The notes beneath the pieces were generated by a model. That model saw nothing but the letters and a program-made list of their open reading frames with translations. It had not been told where the DNA came from and did no database searches. 64,000 bases of DNA from Spirulina sp. (GTDB taxonomy: Bacteria > Cyanobacteriota > Cyanobacteriia > Phormidesmidales > Phormidesmidaceae): contig JBIPSI010000003.1 in assembly GCA_044070495.1 (NCBI GenBank), forward strand, positions 128,001 through 192,000, given 5' to 3'. The position numbers and the translations under genes were made by a program. Of the stretch, positions 40,831-51,315 are shown in pieces (the first letter of the stretch is position 1; the number at the start of each line of letters is the position of its first letter).

Positions 40831-41736
40831 ATGGCTGGTTCCAACACGCATTCTTTGGCTCCGGGTGTGCTGTGGAGCAAAATTCAGCACCAGACCCGCC
40901 ATGCCCTGGCCTGTGGGGCACTCCAGCCCATTAAAACCGAGTATGAGTTTGTAGAACAGGGAGGAATGCGGTTTTTGGTGCGTATTTTGGCCAATCTAGA
41001 GCGCAAAGAGCAGTACAACCGCAACCAGGCCGCTCAGCAAAAGCTCGGAAAACCCGTTAATCCCTTCCTGCCCTACGATCCCAACCTGTTTGTGGCAGAT
41101 TTATCCGACAGCCACCTGTGCCTGCTGAATAAGTACAACGTGGTGGATCACCACATTTTGATCGTGACCCGCGCCTTTGAGGAGCAAGATACCTGGCTCA
41201 CCCTGGCGGACTTTGAGGCCCTGGCCCTGGGGATGGCGGAGATTGACGGCCTCGCCTTTTATAATGGCGGACGCCTCGCCGGAGCCAGCCAACCCCACAA
41301 GCACCTGCAACTGGTGCCGCCGCCCCTCTGCCCCGATGGCAGCCCCCTGCCGGTGGATCAGGCTATTCGTCAATTGTCCCTAGCATCCGTCGATGCCTCG
41401 GTTCAGGTGCACCAGCATCCCCAGTTTCCCTTTCACCACGCCATTGCGAGTCTGGGCGGAGACCCCCCTGCCGCCGAAGCGTTACTGGCCACCTACCACA
41501 CCCTGCTGGATTCCCTCGGAGCCGACCGCAGCGCCCCCGCCACTGAATTTCCCTACAACCTGCTAGCCACCCGCCGCTGGATGATGGTAGTGAGCCGCCG
41601 CCAGGAGCATTACCAATCGATTCCGGTGAACTCCCTAGGTTTTGCGGGGTCGCTGCTGGTGAAAAACCACGACCAACTGGCCCTCCTGAAATCCCTTGGC
41701 CCCATGGCCATTTTGCAGGGGGTAGCCCAGGGGTAG
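40831..41736 (+). CDS. ATP adenylyltransferase / Ap4A phosphorylase
   Basis: NPFLPYD, LLNKYNV, AGASQPHKHLQ, NSLGFAG. Confidence 0.92.
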   Translation: MAGSNTHSLAPGVLWSKIQHQTRHALACGALQPIKTEYEFVEQGGMRFLVRILANLERKEQYNRNQAAQQKLGKPVNPFLPYDPNLFVADLSDSHLCLLNKYNVVDHHILIVTRAFEEQDTWLTLADFEALALGMAEIDGLAFYNGGRLAGASQPHKHLQLVPPPLCPDGSPLPVDQAIRQLSLASVDASVQVHQHPQFPFHHAIASLGGDPPAAEALLATYHTLLDSLGADRSAPATEFPYNLLATRRWMMVVSRRQEHYQSIPVNSLGFAGSLLVKNHDQLALLKSLGPMAILQGVAQG

Positions 41737-41739
41737 GCT

Positions 41740-41763
41740 GGGGCGAGGAGACCGCGCCCCTAC
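41740..41763 (-). repeat. REP family B (other copies at 44001-44024 and 58516-58538)
   Basis: GGGGCGAGGAGACCGCGCCCCTAC, a hairpin with GTAG on the minus strand. Confidence 0.75.
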
Positions 41764-41818
41764 GGATTGACGGGCTAGAACTTAGGTCGATGGAATTTGC
41801 ATTAGGTGTAGCCTGACC

Positions 41819-42694
41819 CTAGCGATACTTTTGCAACAGCAGGCTGAGTTTATCGAGGGTAGCCTGGGGGGCTTTGTCTAGGGGCGTGATGATGGCGTAT
41901 TTGAGGGCCGAGTGGGCCTCGGAGGCGGGCGGGTTGGCGGCGATGCGGTTCACCACGTCGCGGATCACTCGCTGGGCGTTGGCGGCATTTTTTTGCAGAT
42001 TGCCAATCACCATCTCCACGGTGACACTGTCGTGGTCGGGGTGCCAGCAGTCATAGTCGGTCACTAGGGCCAGGGTGGCGTAGGCCATTTCGGCTTCGCG
42101 GGCCAGCTTGGCTTCGGGCAGGTTGGTCATGCCGATGACGGTGGCCCCCCAACTGCGGTACAGGTTCGATTCGGCCTTGGTGGAAAAGGCGGGGCCTTCC
42201 ATACACACGTAGGTGCCGCCCCGGTGTAGGGTGACGTTGGGCAAATCGAGACTCTCCACCGCATCGGCCACCAGCTTAGCCAGGGCAGGGCACACCGGAT
42301 CGCCAAAGGAAATGTGGGCCACCAGTCCTTCGCCAAAGAAGCTGGAAATCCGGTTGCGGGTGCGGTCAATAAATTGGTCGGGCACCACCATATCCAACGG
42401 TTTTGCCGCTTCCTTGAGAGAACCCACCGCCGAAGCCGAGATCAGGTATTCCACCCCCAGGGATTTCATGGCGTAGATATTGGCCCGGAAAGGTAATTCC
42501 GTGGGCATCAGGGTATGGCCGCGACCGTGACGGGCCAAAAAGGCCACCCGAACGCCATCTAGGGTGCCGAGGATAATCGCATCCGAGGGTTCTCCAAAGG
42601 GCGTGTCTACCCGCATCTCTTGGATATCCGTGAGGGCCTCCATTTGATACAGCCCGCTGCCGCCAATGATGCCGATCTGCGCCTGTGCCGCCAT
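41819..42694 (-). CDS. mtnP: S-methyl-5'-thioadenosine phosphorylase
   Basis: [31 protein letters not shown]. Confidence 0.95.
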   Translation of the reverse strand: MAAQAQIGIIGGSGLYQMEALTDIQEMRVDTPFGEPSDAIILGTLDGVRVAFLARHGRGHTLMPTELPFRANIYAMKSLGVEYLISASAVGSLKEAAKPLDMVVPDQFIDRTRNRISSFFGEGLVAHISFGDPVCPALAKLVADAVESLDLPNVTLHRGGTYVCMEGPAFSTKAESNLYRSWGATVIGMTNLPEAKLAREAEMAYATLALVTDYDCWHPDHDSVTVEMVIGNLQKNAANAQRVIRDVVNRIAANPPASEAHSALKYAIITPLDKAPQATLDKLSLLLQKYR

Positions 42695-42744
42695 AGTTCC
42701 ACCCAGTCCTGCCAATACACCGCCCCCATCATATAGCGGTAGGT

Positions 42745-43389
42745 CTAGGCTTTATTGTTTTCGATGGCCCAGCGGGCGAGTTCGGTGCGGTTGTGCAGTC
42801 CGGTTTTGCCCAGCATATTGCTGACGTGGCTCTCGATGGTGCGCTGACTGACTTGCAGTTCCTCAGCAATCTCCCGGTTGGCCATGCCTCGGGCCACAAA
42901 TTGCACCACCCGCAGCTCGGTGGGGGTGAGTTCTACATCAAAGGGAACCTGGATGGCGGGGCCACCGCCGGCCTTCACCTGCTGCTTAATCAGTCGGGAA
43001 GCCTGCTTCAGGGAAGATTCGACCTGGGCCACCAGTTCCTCCGGCTCGAAGGGCTTGACCATGTAAACATCGGCCCCGGTATTCAGCCCCTTCACCCGAT
43101 CCTGGCTCTGCCCCTTGGCGGAGAGAAAAAGAATGGGAATCCACTCGGTGGATGGATTTTCTCGCACATGTTTAACGAAGGTGTGACCGTCCATTTCTGG
43201 CATCATCACATCGCAAATAATCATGTCCGGCAAATTGTCGTCGAGCAACTCCAACGCTTCACGACCGTTGCCAGCGGTTTTGACGTCGTAGCCACGAAAC
43301 TCAAGGTAATCTTTGACGAGCAAAATGAGGTTGGGGTCGTCGTCAATAAGCAATAGTTGCTTTTGGTCGCCTACGGTGGAATCCTTCAT
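42745..43389 (-). CDS. NarL/LuxR-family response regulator (probably Rre1/OrrA-like)
   Basis: REC domain (DDDP, DVMMP, KPF) plus LuxR HTH (LTPTE..NREIA). Confidence 0.92.
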   Translation of the reverse strand: MKDSTVGDQKQLLLIDDDPNLILLVKDYLEFRGYDVKTAGNGREALELLDDNLPDMIICDVMMPEMDGHTFVKHVRENPSTEWIPILFLSAKGQSQDRVKGLNTGADVYMVKPFEPEELVAQVESSLKQASRLIKQQVKAGGGPAIQVPFDVELTPTELRVVQFVARGMANREIAEELQVSQRTIESHVSNMLGKTGLHNRTELARWAIENNKA

Positions 43390-43677
43390 GCGCTGACAGT
43401 GAATGCAATAGCTCTATTTATCATTCCCGATTGACGGGGCTAGCGTACACTAAACGGCTACGAATTCTTGAGGCTAGCCATGTCAACCCACCAAAACAGG
43501 CTGAACTAGCCGTTATTGCTAGATGATACTCTAAGTCGCAGGTTTCGGCGTAATTCCAAGACAGGGATTTCCCGTAGACGACAGTCAGTTCTTTTAATTC
43601 TGGTTAATAGTCTTCCAGAACGGAGAGACGCTTCGTTAGGCTAGAGCTAACTTCTATCGAAACCGGACGCTGCTGTT

Positions 43678-43983
43678 GTGACGCTTCCAGGAGATCCCTT
43701 TAGCCGCGCCAATGCCCGATGCCACCGTCGCGCCTATGAGCAGTGGCATCGGGTGCAGAGTAAGCAGCATATCCTGCGTTCTCAGGTGGGGTTTGCGGCT
43801 CCTACGTCCTCGCGCCCAGCCCCCTGTCGTCACTGCGCCAACTACCACGGTGTGGCCTACGGCACCTCCCGCGCCCGTCGCCAAACGCTAATCTGCGCCA
43901 TGCACCCCTACGGCTGGCTGAGCGACGATCCTTGCCCCGACTGGCAGGCCGAATCCGATGGATCGGGTGGGCCGTTCTCTTAA
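43678..43983 (+). CDS. Conserved Cys-rich hypothetical protein
   Basis: C..C.NYHG..YG, LICAMHPYG, CPDW. Confidence 0.75.
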   Translation: MTLPGDPFSRANARCHRRAYEQWHRVQSKQHILRSQVGFAAPTSSRPAPCRHCANYHGVAYGTSRARRQTLICAMHPYGWLSDDPCPDWQAESDGSGGPFS

Positions 43984-44086
43984 CAGTTGAGGCAACTAGA
44001 AGGTCGAGGAAACCTCGCCCCTACCGTTTGGCGGGTTGGGAGGCGAGGGTACGGAATTTGAGTGTGTATTCTTCAGTTGGCCCGAA

Positions 44087-44881
44087 TTACCGGATGGCGG
44101 CTTTCAGGGTGCGGCAAAATTCCGCTACATCCTGGAGAGCGGTTTGGGGATTTTCGGTGTCCAACCGCTTGACGAAGGCGCTGCCCACGATCACACCATC
44201 GGCCCCCCATTGGTGCAGTTGGGTGGCTTGGTCTGGCCCAGATACGCCAAAACCGACTCCTATGGCCTTGTCGGTGGTTTGCTTGAGGCTGTCGAGCAGA
44301 TCCTTCACCCGCCCTTGGATCTCCTGGCGCATTCCGGTTACCCCGGTGACGCTGACCAGGTAGACAAACCCTTGGGCCTGGGCGGCAATGGCCTGTATCC
44401 GCTCTAGGGGCGAGGTGGGGGCCACCAGCAGGGTGACATCAATACCAGCGGCGGCGGCGGCTTGGAGCACCGCGTCTACTTCCTCTAGGGGCAGATCGGG
44501 CACCACTAGCCCAGCGGCCCCGGCGGCGGCAATATCGGCCATGAAGGTCTCGATGCCACGATTGAGAATCGGGTTGTAGTAGGTGAATAAAATAATCGGA
44601 GCCTGGAGGCTGGGGCTGAGGGTTTTGACCAAATCCAACACCTGATCCAGCGTCACGCCCTTGGCCAGGGCACGGGTGGCGGCGGCTTGAATCACCGGGC
44701 CATCGGCGAGGGGATCGGAGTAGGGCACCCCCAGCTCGATCAGGTCGGCTCCGTTGTCGTCCAGGATTTTTAGGGCCGCTGCCGTGGTCTCCAGGTCAGG
44801 ATCTCCCGCCGTGATGAAGGGAATCAGGGCGCATTCACCCCGTGCTTTGAGGGCCTGAAAATGTTCTGCAACGCGAGCCAT
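44087..44881 (-). CDS. trpA: Tryptophan synthase alpha chain
   Basis: [26 protein letters not shown]. Confidence 0.97.
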   Translation of the reverse strand: MARVAEHFQALKARGECALIPFITAGDPDLETTAAALKILDDNGADLIELGVPYSDPLADGPVIQAAATRALAKGVTLDQVLDLVKTLSPSLQAPIILFTYYNPILNRGIETFMADIAAAGAAGLVVPDLPLEEVDAVLQAAAAAGIDVTLLVAPTSPLERIQAIAAQAQGFVYLVSVTGVTGMRQEIQGRVKDLLDSLKQTTDKAIGVGFGVSGPDQATQLHQWGADGVIVGSAFVKRLDTENPQTALQDVAEFCRTLKAAIR

Positions 44882-44990
44882 AGGGAGGGGCCAATAACTG
44901 TCCAATAGAGAACTCTAACCCAAGACGAGTACCGCGTCCATCTTCAGTTCCACCCGCTTCGGCCAAGCCATAGCTAAGGTAAAGACGGGT

Positions 44991-45287
44991 CTATTTTTCG
45001 TCTAGCTTGGCTTGCAGGGCCGCTAGTTCCTCTGGGCTGAGTTCCTCTAGGCGCTTTTGCAGCACGGCGGTTTCGTAGTCGTCGAGCTGCTGGTTGAGGG
45101 TCATCTTGTGGCTAACCACCCGAAACAGGTAGGTCAGCAGCCAACCCACGATGCCGCCCACCATCACGGTCTGGCTCCAAATGCCCGCCGAAATCCCATC
45201 TAGCCCCAACAGCCGGAAAGCTAGGAAAAGCCCGCCCCCCGCTAGGAACACACCGAGGCCAATACCAAAAACGTCAATCCGTCGCAT
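44991..45287 (-). CDS. DUF3007 family protein
   Basis: MRRID, LQKRLEEL; conserved ndhL-DUF3007-trpA order. Confidence 0.9.
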   Translation of the reverse strand: MRRIDVFGIGLGVFLAGGGLFLAFRLLGLDGISAGIWSQTVMVGGIVGWLLTYLFRVVSHKMTLNQQLDDYETAVLQKRLEELSPEELAALQAKLDEK

Positions 45288-45290
45288 GGG

Positions 45291-45533
45291 TTAGCTCAGC
45301 TTGCGGGCTTGGGGCCGAAAATTTAGGAAAGGACTAAACAACAGCATCCCCGGAAAGAAAACAAACATCATGCCGTAGAGCAGGGTGCGTTCTACGGATC
45401 CTGCTTGGTGCCAACGTTCCTTGAGGTAGAACAGGATGGCCAAGGGCAGCACCACCAGATACACCCCAGCCAGCCCACCGTAGAGGGCAAGGGTAATCAA
45501 CAAATCCTGAGACAGGGTGAAATCGGCAAGCAT
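45291..45533 (-). CDS. ndhL: NAD(P)H-quinone oxidoreductase subunit L
   Basis: RW..AGSVER, FFPG.LL.SPFLNFRP. Confidence 0.92.
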   Translation of the reverse strand: MLADFTLSQDLLITLALYGGLAGVYLVVLPLAILFYLKERWHQAGSVERTLLYGMMFVFFPGMLLFSPFLNFRPQARKLS

Positions 45534-45925
45534 AGCGTCCAAACCATCGACGGATAGGGGGCTGGGGTTGCGGATGGCGACGAAAACGCCTCTGACCGAC
45601 AACCCTCTCGTTATTCTAAGGCGAGGATGCGGTTCCTCGACAAGCCTTTTTCACGCCACTGCGCCTAGATGCCACCATGATGCCGCAATTCTGATGGTGG
45701 GGGCTGCCTTGGCCTAGCCTCAACCAATCGACAGGATCGCCCTCGGTATTGGCTTGGCCCTCGATCCAAACGCCTCTCTCCAGGGGTGCGGCGTTTGTTT
45801 TATGTGCCCTGATGGCGTGAGGGCACCCCCTGTAAACAATCTAAAGCGGTGGTTGCAATTGGCTCCAGTTGGTGATGGAATAATACTCGACATGGTTCTA
45901 GGGTTAGCCTTGGGGTCAATGTTAT

Positions 45926-46316
45926 GGGGGCGTGGCGGAATGGTAGACGCTACGGACTTAGAAAACTGGGCCTTAGCGAAGAAATTTGCTAAGTGAAGGC
46001 TCTCAAACTCAGGGAAACCTAACTTCGAGGGTTTAGACAGTCCTAGAGCTTGTCTGAATCTGGGAACATGGCAATCCTGAGCCAAGCCAGACGGTGGTAG
46101 TGCGCCTACCCAAGGTAGGGTGACCACCCAAAGCCGCCTGGAAGGTGCAGAGGCCCGACGGGAGCTACCCTAACGTATAGCCGAGGGTAAAGGGAGGGTC
46201 CAATTCTCAACGCTGGTTGCTAGTCCATGGCTGGAACCTGGCGGTCGCGAAAGCGGCGGGAGGATGAAAATCCGTTGACCATTGCGGTCGTGAGGGTTCG
46301 AGTCCCTCCGCCCCCA
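45926..46316 (+). tRNA. trnL: tRNA-Leu(UAA), intron-split (exons 45926-45959 and 46267-46316)
   Basis: GGGGGCGTGGCGGAATGGTAGACGCTACGGACTT | AAAATCCGT..GGTTCGAGTCC..CGCCCCCA. Confidence 0.96.
45960..46266 (+). ncRNA. Group I intron (IC3, trnL type), 307 nt
   Basis: Inserted after U34 and ends in G; core elements CTCTCAAACTCAGGGAAACCTAA, GGCAATCCTGAGCCAA, GTGCAGAG..CGACGGGAGCTAC, GAGGGTCCA. Confidence 0.95.
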
Positions 46317-46488
46317 TTATCTATCACCGTGAACGAGTCTAAACAGTGAGTGCGGTTAATCCTGGGACGGCGGGCTAGGTAATCTATGGCCTGTCCCACG
46401 CTGGGCTAGCCTTCCTCGGCTAGGATATTTCCCTGGCTACAATAATTTGTTGGCCACGATAATTCAGAGTTTCGGTGCAGTATTTCCC

Positions 46489-47556
46489 ATGCAGGCTCAA
46501 ATCCCCAGTTCCGCCAACCGCCCCACGGCTATCCCTTCAGAACTGGCGGTGTACCGCATTTTGGATGCCAACCTAGACCGTGCCAGGGAGGGTTTGCGCA
46601 TTGTTGAGGAATGGTGTCGGTTTGGCTTAAACGACGCTGACAAAACGGATCAGATTAAGCACCTGCGCCAAATCCTAGCCCAGTGGCACGATCCGATTCT
46701 GCGTCAGGCCCGCGATACCCCTGGCGATCCGGGGACGGCCCTGACCCATCCCCAGGAGGCGGAACGGGGGGATGTGGCGGCGGTGCTGTTGGCTAACCTG
46801 TGCCGGGTGCAGGAGGCGTTGCGGGTGCTGGAGGAATACGGCAAGCTCTACCGCAGCGACTTTGCCGCCGCCTGCAAAACCATGCGCTACCAGGTCTACA
46901 CCCTAGAGAGCGAGCTGCTGGGGGGGGATCGGCTGCATCGGCTGCGTCAGGCTCCGGTGTACCTGGTGACCTCACCCCAGGAGAACCTAATCGCCACCGT
47001 GGAAGCGGCCCTGAAGGGGGGCATTACCCTGGTGCAATACCGAGACAAAAATACCGAGGACGAGGTGCGCTTCCAGCGCGCCCAGCAGTTGCGGGATCTC
47101 TGCCACCAATACCGGGCGATTTTTTTGGTCAACGACCGGGTGGATTTGGCCCTGGCGGTGGGAGCCGATGGGGTTCACCTGGGCCAAACCGATCTACCCG
47201 TTGCCGTTGCCCGTCGGCTGCTTGGCCCCCAGGCGATCATTGGTCGATCCACCACCAACCCCGAAGAAATGAACCGCGCCCTCAGCGAAGGAGCCGACTA
47301 CATTGGGGTTGGCCCCGTGTATAGCACTCCCACCAAGCCCGGAAAAGCCGCCGCCGGGCTAGACTACGTGCGCTACGCCGCCGCCCAGGCTCCGGTGCCT
47401 TGGTTTGCCATTGGCGGCATTGATGGGGAGAATATCGGGGACGTTTTGCAAGCCGGAGCCCAGCAGGTGGCCATTGTACGGGCGGTGATGGAGGCCGAAA
47501 ACCCCACTCAAGCGGCCCAAACCATCCTGAACCAAGTCCGTCAATCCCGCCCCTAG
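46489..47556 (+). CDS. thiE: Thiamine-phosphate synthase (cyanobacterial long form)
   Basis: RILDANLDRAREGLR N-domain, VQYRDK, GVHLGQ, AIGGI. Confidence 0.95.
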   Translation: MQAQIPSSANRPTAIPSELAVYRILDANLDRAREGLRIVEEWCRFGLNDADKTDQIKHLRQILAQWHDPILRQARDTPGDPGTALTHPQEAERGDVAAVLLANLCRVQEALRVLEEYGKLYRSDFAAACKTMRYQVYTLESELLGGDRLHRLRQAPVYLVTSPQENLIATVEAALKGGITLVQYRDKNTEDEVRFQRAQQLRDLCHQYRAIFLVNDRVDLALAVGADGVHLGQTDLPVAVARRLLGPQAIIGRSTTNPEEMNRALSEGADYIGVGPVYSTPTKPGKAAAGLDYVRYAAAQAPVPWFAIGGIDGENIGDVLQAGAQQVAIVRAVMEAENPTQAAQTILNQVRQSRP

Positions 47557-47665
47557 CGCCTCAACCAGAATCCTTACAATTTCCCTGATTGCGTCGGTAG
47601 GGCGACTGGAATGCCAGACCACGGATCCAAGTTCTGCCGATCAGTCTGAGCCGCCTGATCAGCTC

Positions 47666-48445
47666 CTAAAACTGGCGACGGGAGAAGACCACCGTGGCCA
47701 CCGTGAGCAGTAGGGCACTGTAGATCAGGGCATAGGCCACGTGGGTGACCAGGGTGAGGGGGTCGGGCAGCAGTTCTAGTCCGTAGACGGCTAGGTTGCG
47801 TAGGTTGAGGCGTTCGAGGTCGGGCAGGAAGAGGTATAGCCCATTGGTGAGACGCTGGATGCCTGGATTGTCACTGAGTTGGGTGAAGGCGACCAGATCC
47901 TGGGTGAGGTGGCCCATCAGGTACACGGCAAAGGTCAGCAGGGTGGCCAGCAGGGAACTGGTAAACACACCAAACAGAATCGCCACCGCCGTGAGCAGCA
48001 TGGCCTCTAGCAGCATAAAGCCCGTGGCCAGGGCCAAACTGGCGAAGGAGAAGGGCACTCCGATGATGGCCAGCATGGCGGCGAACATCAGCCCTAGGCC
48101 CCCCAGCAGCACCGCTAGCACCGCCGACAGCCCCAGGTGCTTCCCCACAATAAATTCGCCATGGCTGACGGGCTTGGCCAACAACACCAGCACCGTGCGC
48201 TTCTCGATCTCTTTATTCACCAGGCCCGTACCCACAAACACCGCAATGATCACGCTGAGTAGGTGCATGGCGGCTAGGCCCAGGTCGAGGATAATTTTTT
48301 GCTCCGTGCCTGCCGACACCGGGGGGAGCAACAGGGCCGCCGCCACCATCAGCAGGGCAAACAGGGCCATCAGGTAGAGGATGCGATCCCGGATCACCTC
48401 TAGGAACACATTACGAGCAATGACCACGATGCGAGACAACACCAT
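47666..48445 (-). CDS. fraE: ABC-type permease FraE
   Basis: EVIRDRILY, KEIEKRT, GKHLGL; third gene after fraC and fraD. Confidence 0.82.
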   Translation of the reverse strand: MVLSRIVVIARNVFLEVIRDRILYLMALFALLMVAAALLLPPVSAGTEQKIILDLGLAAMHLLSVIIAVFVGTGLVNKEIEKRTVLVLLAKPVSHGEFIVGKHLGLSAVLAVLLGGLGLMFAAMLAIIGVPFSFASLALATGFMLLEAMLLTAVAILFGVFTSSLLATLLTFAVYLMGHLTQDLVAFTQLSDNPGIQRLTNGLYLFLPDLERLNLRNLAVYGLELLPDPLTLVTHVAYALIYSALLLTVATVVFSRRQF

Positions 48446-48490
48446 AGGTTACGACCATCCTCCTGCTTTGCCTTTGCTAGTGTACGGGGT

Positions 48491-49483
48491 TTAGGGCCGT
48501 CCGTAGCGTAGCGGGGTTTCCAACTGGCAGCGCACCTGCGTCCATTGGGTGGTGGTGGCCAAGGCGGCATCCCTGCCGCTTTCCATGGCATTGGCGACGG
48601 GTTGGGTGATGGGCATGATTTCACAGGCCTTTTCAAAGTAGTAGCCCTCGCCGTTGGCACTGGGGCCAAGCCATAGGGCGTACAGCATCAAGGTATAGCC
48701 GTTGCCGTTGGTGGCGGTTTTTAGGCTGAGGTTCCAGAGTTTATCCTCTGGGCTGGGGGGCTGGTTGGTTTGCACTTGGCGCTGGAGTTCCTGCTGATGG
48801 CCTTCTAGGTTGAGCAACCAGCGTTCTACCCAAGACCAGGGTTTGTTGTCAATTTGATCTTTAATGAGTCGTTCGGCCTGGGTGAGGTGGCTAACCCCCG
48901 CCGAGAGGGGCATGGTTTGGCCGGGAATGCGGTAGACAAAGGCGCTGTGGTCAAACTGGTCGGCAATTAGGCTGGGGTAGTCGCGCAGCCAGGTTTGAAT
49001 GCGAAAGTAAAACTGAAACCAACTGCTGAGCAGCAGGCTAAACCCTAGCAGCAGGGCCAAGCTTTGGCGCATGGCGGGGGCGGGCCGCTTGGGGCGAAAC
49101 TCCCAGCTCAGCAGGTTGGGCACGGCCACCACCAAAAACGACATCAGCGGCCAGGTAATCAGCGCTGGTTGCAGCCAAGCCCCTCCCCAGGAACCAAACA
49201 GAAATAGGCACAAAATCCCCCCCGACACCCAGGGCGCAATGGACAGGCCAAAGGGTCTGATTTTCTTCGCCTCAAAGGCCCAGCCCACCCCTAGCGCCAG
49301 AAAAATCCAGGCCAAGGTGGCCATCAGCCCCACAGTAAAGGGACTCGCTTTCAGCCAGCGACTAATGCCTGACATCAGCCAGGAAATTAGGCTCATATAA
49401 ATGACGGTGAGCCAGGAAAAGGCCGACTTCGGCCAGAGGGTGGTTTTGAGGCTGGTGACGTAGGAGGGGAGGGGCGGCATCAT
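48491..49483 (-). CDS. fraD: Septal junction protein FraD (DUF5357)
   Basis: About 5 N-terminal TMs, WFQF.F.IQ.WL..YPS, FDHSAFV; position in operon. Confidence 0.85.
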   Translation of the reverse strand: MMPPLPSYVTSLKTTLWPKSAFSWLTVIYMSLISWLMSGISRWLKASPFTVGLMATLAWIFLALGVGWAFEAKKIRPFGLSIAPWVSGGILCLFLFGSWGGAWLQPALITWPLMSFLVVAVPNLLSWEFRPKRPAPAMRQSLALLLGFSLLLSSWFQFYFRIQTWLRDYPSLIADQFDHSAFVYRIPGQTMPLSAGVSHLTQAERLIKDQIDNKPWSWVERWLLNLEGHQQELQRQVQTNQPPSPEDKLWNLSLKTATNGNGYTLMLYALWLGPSANGEGYYFEKACEIMPITQPVANAMESGRDAALATTTQWTQVRCQLETPLRYGRP

Positions 49484-50061
49484 GGCAGCACGACCTGAAG
49501 CTGGAGGAAAAGTAGGAGGACAATCACGGTGAAGCTGAGGGCGTTGGCCTGAAGGACGGCTACGGTGTAGGTAGCGGTGCGGGAACGGGCGGAGGAGGGC
49601 GCACCTCGGCGAGAGGAACGGTTCCGGCCAGCTCGATCTGAAAGGCCGGGAGCCTCCAAAACAGGAGCCTTACCTAGCAGCGCCACCAGGGCACTCAGAC
49701 TTTGGAGCTTGACCCAGTAGGTGGCAAAAAACACCACAATGGCCACCATTACCATCATCACGGGCAGGGCCTCCAGCCAATCATTAGGGAAAAATCGGCT
49801 GAACAGCACATAGCTCATGATTTGCTGGCGTAGAGCCGTGGGCAACACCGCCTCTAGGCTGAGGAAGGCAATCCAGCCCAAGCTGGTGGCCAGTAGGTTG
49901 ATGGTGGCGGCATACTGCACGCTGGTTTGGTAGCCCAGGCGCAGATGTTGGCGTAGCACCATGGCCTCTAGGGCAATGGCCACCATCAACAGCATGGACT
50001 GAAACACAATGGCCTTCAGCGGCAGTAATCCAAGATCGGCCAAGACATCCGTGGGGGACAT
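49480..50061 (-). CDS. fraC: Filament integrity protein FraC
   Basis: LPLKAIVFQ..L.VAIALEA, TSVQYAA.INL; ATGA overlap with fraD. Confidence 0.88.
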   Translation of the reverse strand: MSPTDVLADLGLLPLKAIVFQSMLLMVAIALEAMVLRQHLRLGYQTSVQYAATINLLATSLGWIAFLSLEAVLPTALRQQIMSYVLFSRFFPNDWLEALPVMMVMVAIVVFFATYWVKLQSLSALVALLGKAPVLEAPGLSDRAGRNRSSRRGAPSSARSRTATYTVAVLQANALSFTVIVLLLFLQLQVVLP

Positions 50062-50172
50062 GTCAGAATTGGGATAGCAAGTGGTCTTAAGGATACTGCT
50101 GAGTGACAAATTGGGCGTAGGGGGTCTTACGCTTTCGCTAAAATTAACCTTGCCCTCACCCCCAACATCCCT

Positions 50173-51303
50173 ATGGTTAGAACTGGCATTGGTATTCGCA
50201 CGGCCCAACAAACCAACGAACGGATAACGGGGCAGGTGCATGTCTACGACGGCGAGGGCAAGGGTAAGTCCCAGGTGGCCTTGGGGGTGGTGCTGCGTTC
50301 CATTGGGCTGGGCATTCAAAACTTTATGGAAAGTCGGGTGCTGCTGCTGCGCTTCCTCAAAGGCCCAGGCCGCACCTACGACGAAGACGCTGCCATCGAG
50401 GCCCTCCAGCGCGGCTTCCCCCACCTGATCGACCAGGTGCGCACTGGACGCTCGGAGTTCTTTGGCCCCGAAGACATCACCAAATTCGACAAACAGGAGG
50501 CTCAGCGGGGCTGGGATGTAGCGAAGGGAGCGATTGCCTCTGGGCTGTATTCCGTGGTGGTGCTAGATGAAATCAATCCGGTGCTGGACTTGGGTCTGTT
50601 ATCCGTCGATGAGGTGGTGAGAACCCTGCGCCGCAAGCCCGACCACCTGGAAATCATCGCCACCGGACGCGCCGCCCCTCGCCCCCTGCTCGATATCGCC
50701 GACCTGCACTCCGAGATGAAGCCCCAACTCCACACCTCCAATATTCCAGGGCTAGAGGGCATCGAAATCTACACCGGGGCGGGCAAGGGCAAATCCACCA
50801 GCGCCCTGGGCAAAGCCCTGCAAGCCATCGGGCGTGGCATTAGCCAAGACCTCTCCCACCGGGTGCTGATTATCCAGTGGCTAAAGGGCGGTAACGGCTA
50901 CACCGAAGACGCCGCCATCGCCGCCCTACGCAAGATTTACCCCAACCTGGTAGACCACCAGCGCTGTGGCCGCGATGCCATCGTCTGGCGCGGCCAACAG
51001 CAGGACATCGACTACGTGGAAGCAGAACGGGGCTGGGAAATTGCCCGTACTGCCATCGCCTCCGGGCTGTACAAAACCATCATTTTGGACGAACTCAACC
51101 CTACGGTGGATCTCGAACTGCTGCCCGAAGAACCCATCGTTCAAGCCCTGCTACGCAAGCCCAAGGACACCGCCGTGATCATCACCGGGCGCTGCAAAAA
51201 CCAGCCCACCTACTTTGAGTTGGCCAGCACCCACTCCGAAGTGTTTAACCACAAGCACTATGCCGAAAAAGGCATCGACCTCAAACGCGGCGTGGATTTC
51301 TAG
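50173..51303 (+). CDS. cobO: Cob(I)alamin adenosyltransferase (duplicated-domain cyanobacterial form)
   Basis: Two GxGKGKS P-loops, LDE.N, ITGR, GVDF. Confidence 0.93.
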   Translation: MVRTGIGIRTAQQTNERITGQVHVYDGEGKGKSQVALGVVLRSIGLGIQNFMESRVLLLRFLKGPGRTYDEDAAIEALQRGFPHLIDQVRTGRSEFFGPEDITKFDKQEAQRGWDVAKGAIASGLYSVVVLDEINPVLDLGLLSVDEVVRTLRRKPDHLEIIATGRAAPRPLLDIADLHSEMKPQLHTSNIPGLEGIEIYTGAGKGKSTSALGKALQAIGRGISQDLSHRVLIIQWLKGGNGYTEDAAIAALRKIYPNLVDHQRCGRDAIVWRGQQQDIDYVEAERGWEIARTAIASGLYKTIILDELNPTVDLELLPEEPIVQALLRKPKDTAVIITGRCKNQPTYFELASTHSEVFNHKHYAEKGIDLKRGVDF

Positions 51304-51315
51304 GATGCCTTGAGG

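Noticed and set aside
45720..46127. 135-aa minus-strand ORF or intron homing endonuclease
   Set aside because: Antisense to tRNA-Leu and the intron, with no nuclease motifs
50062..50424. N-terminal extension of FraC given by the ORF track
   Set aside because: It is the antisense shadow of cobO; FraC similarity starts near 50061
50173..51303. Internal duplication of CobO as a novelty
   Set aside because: The two-domain form is the usual cyanobacterial architecture
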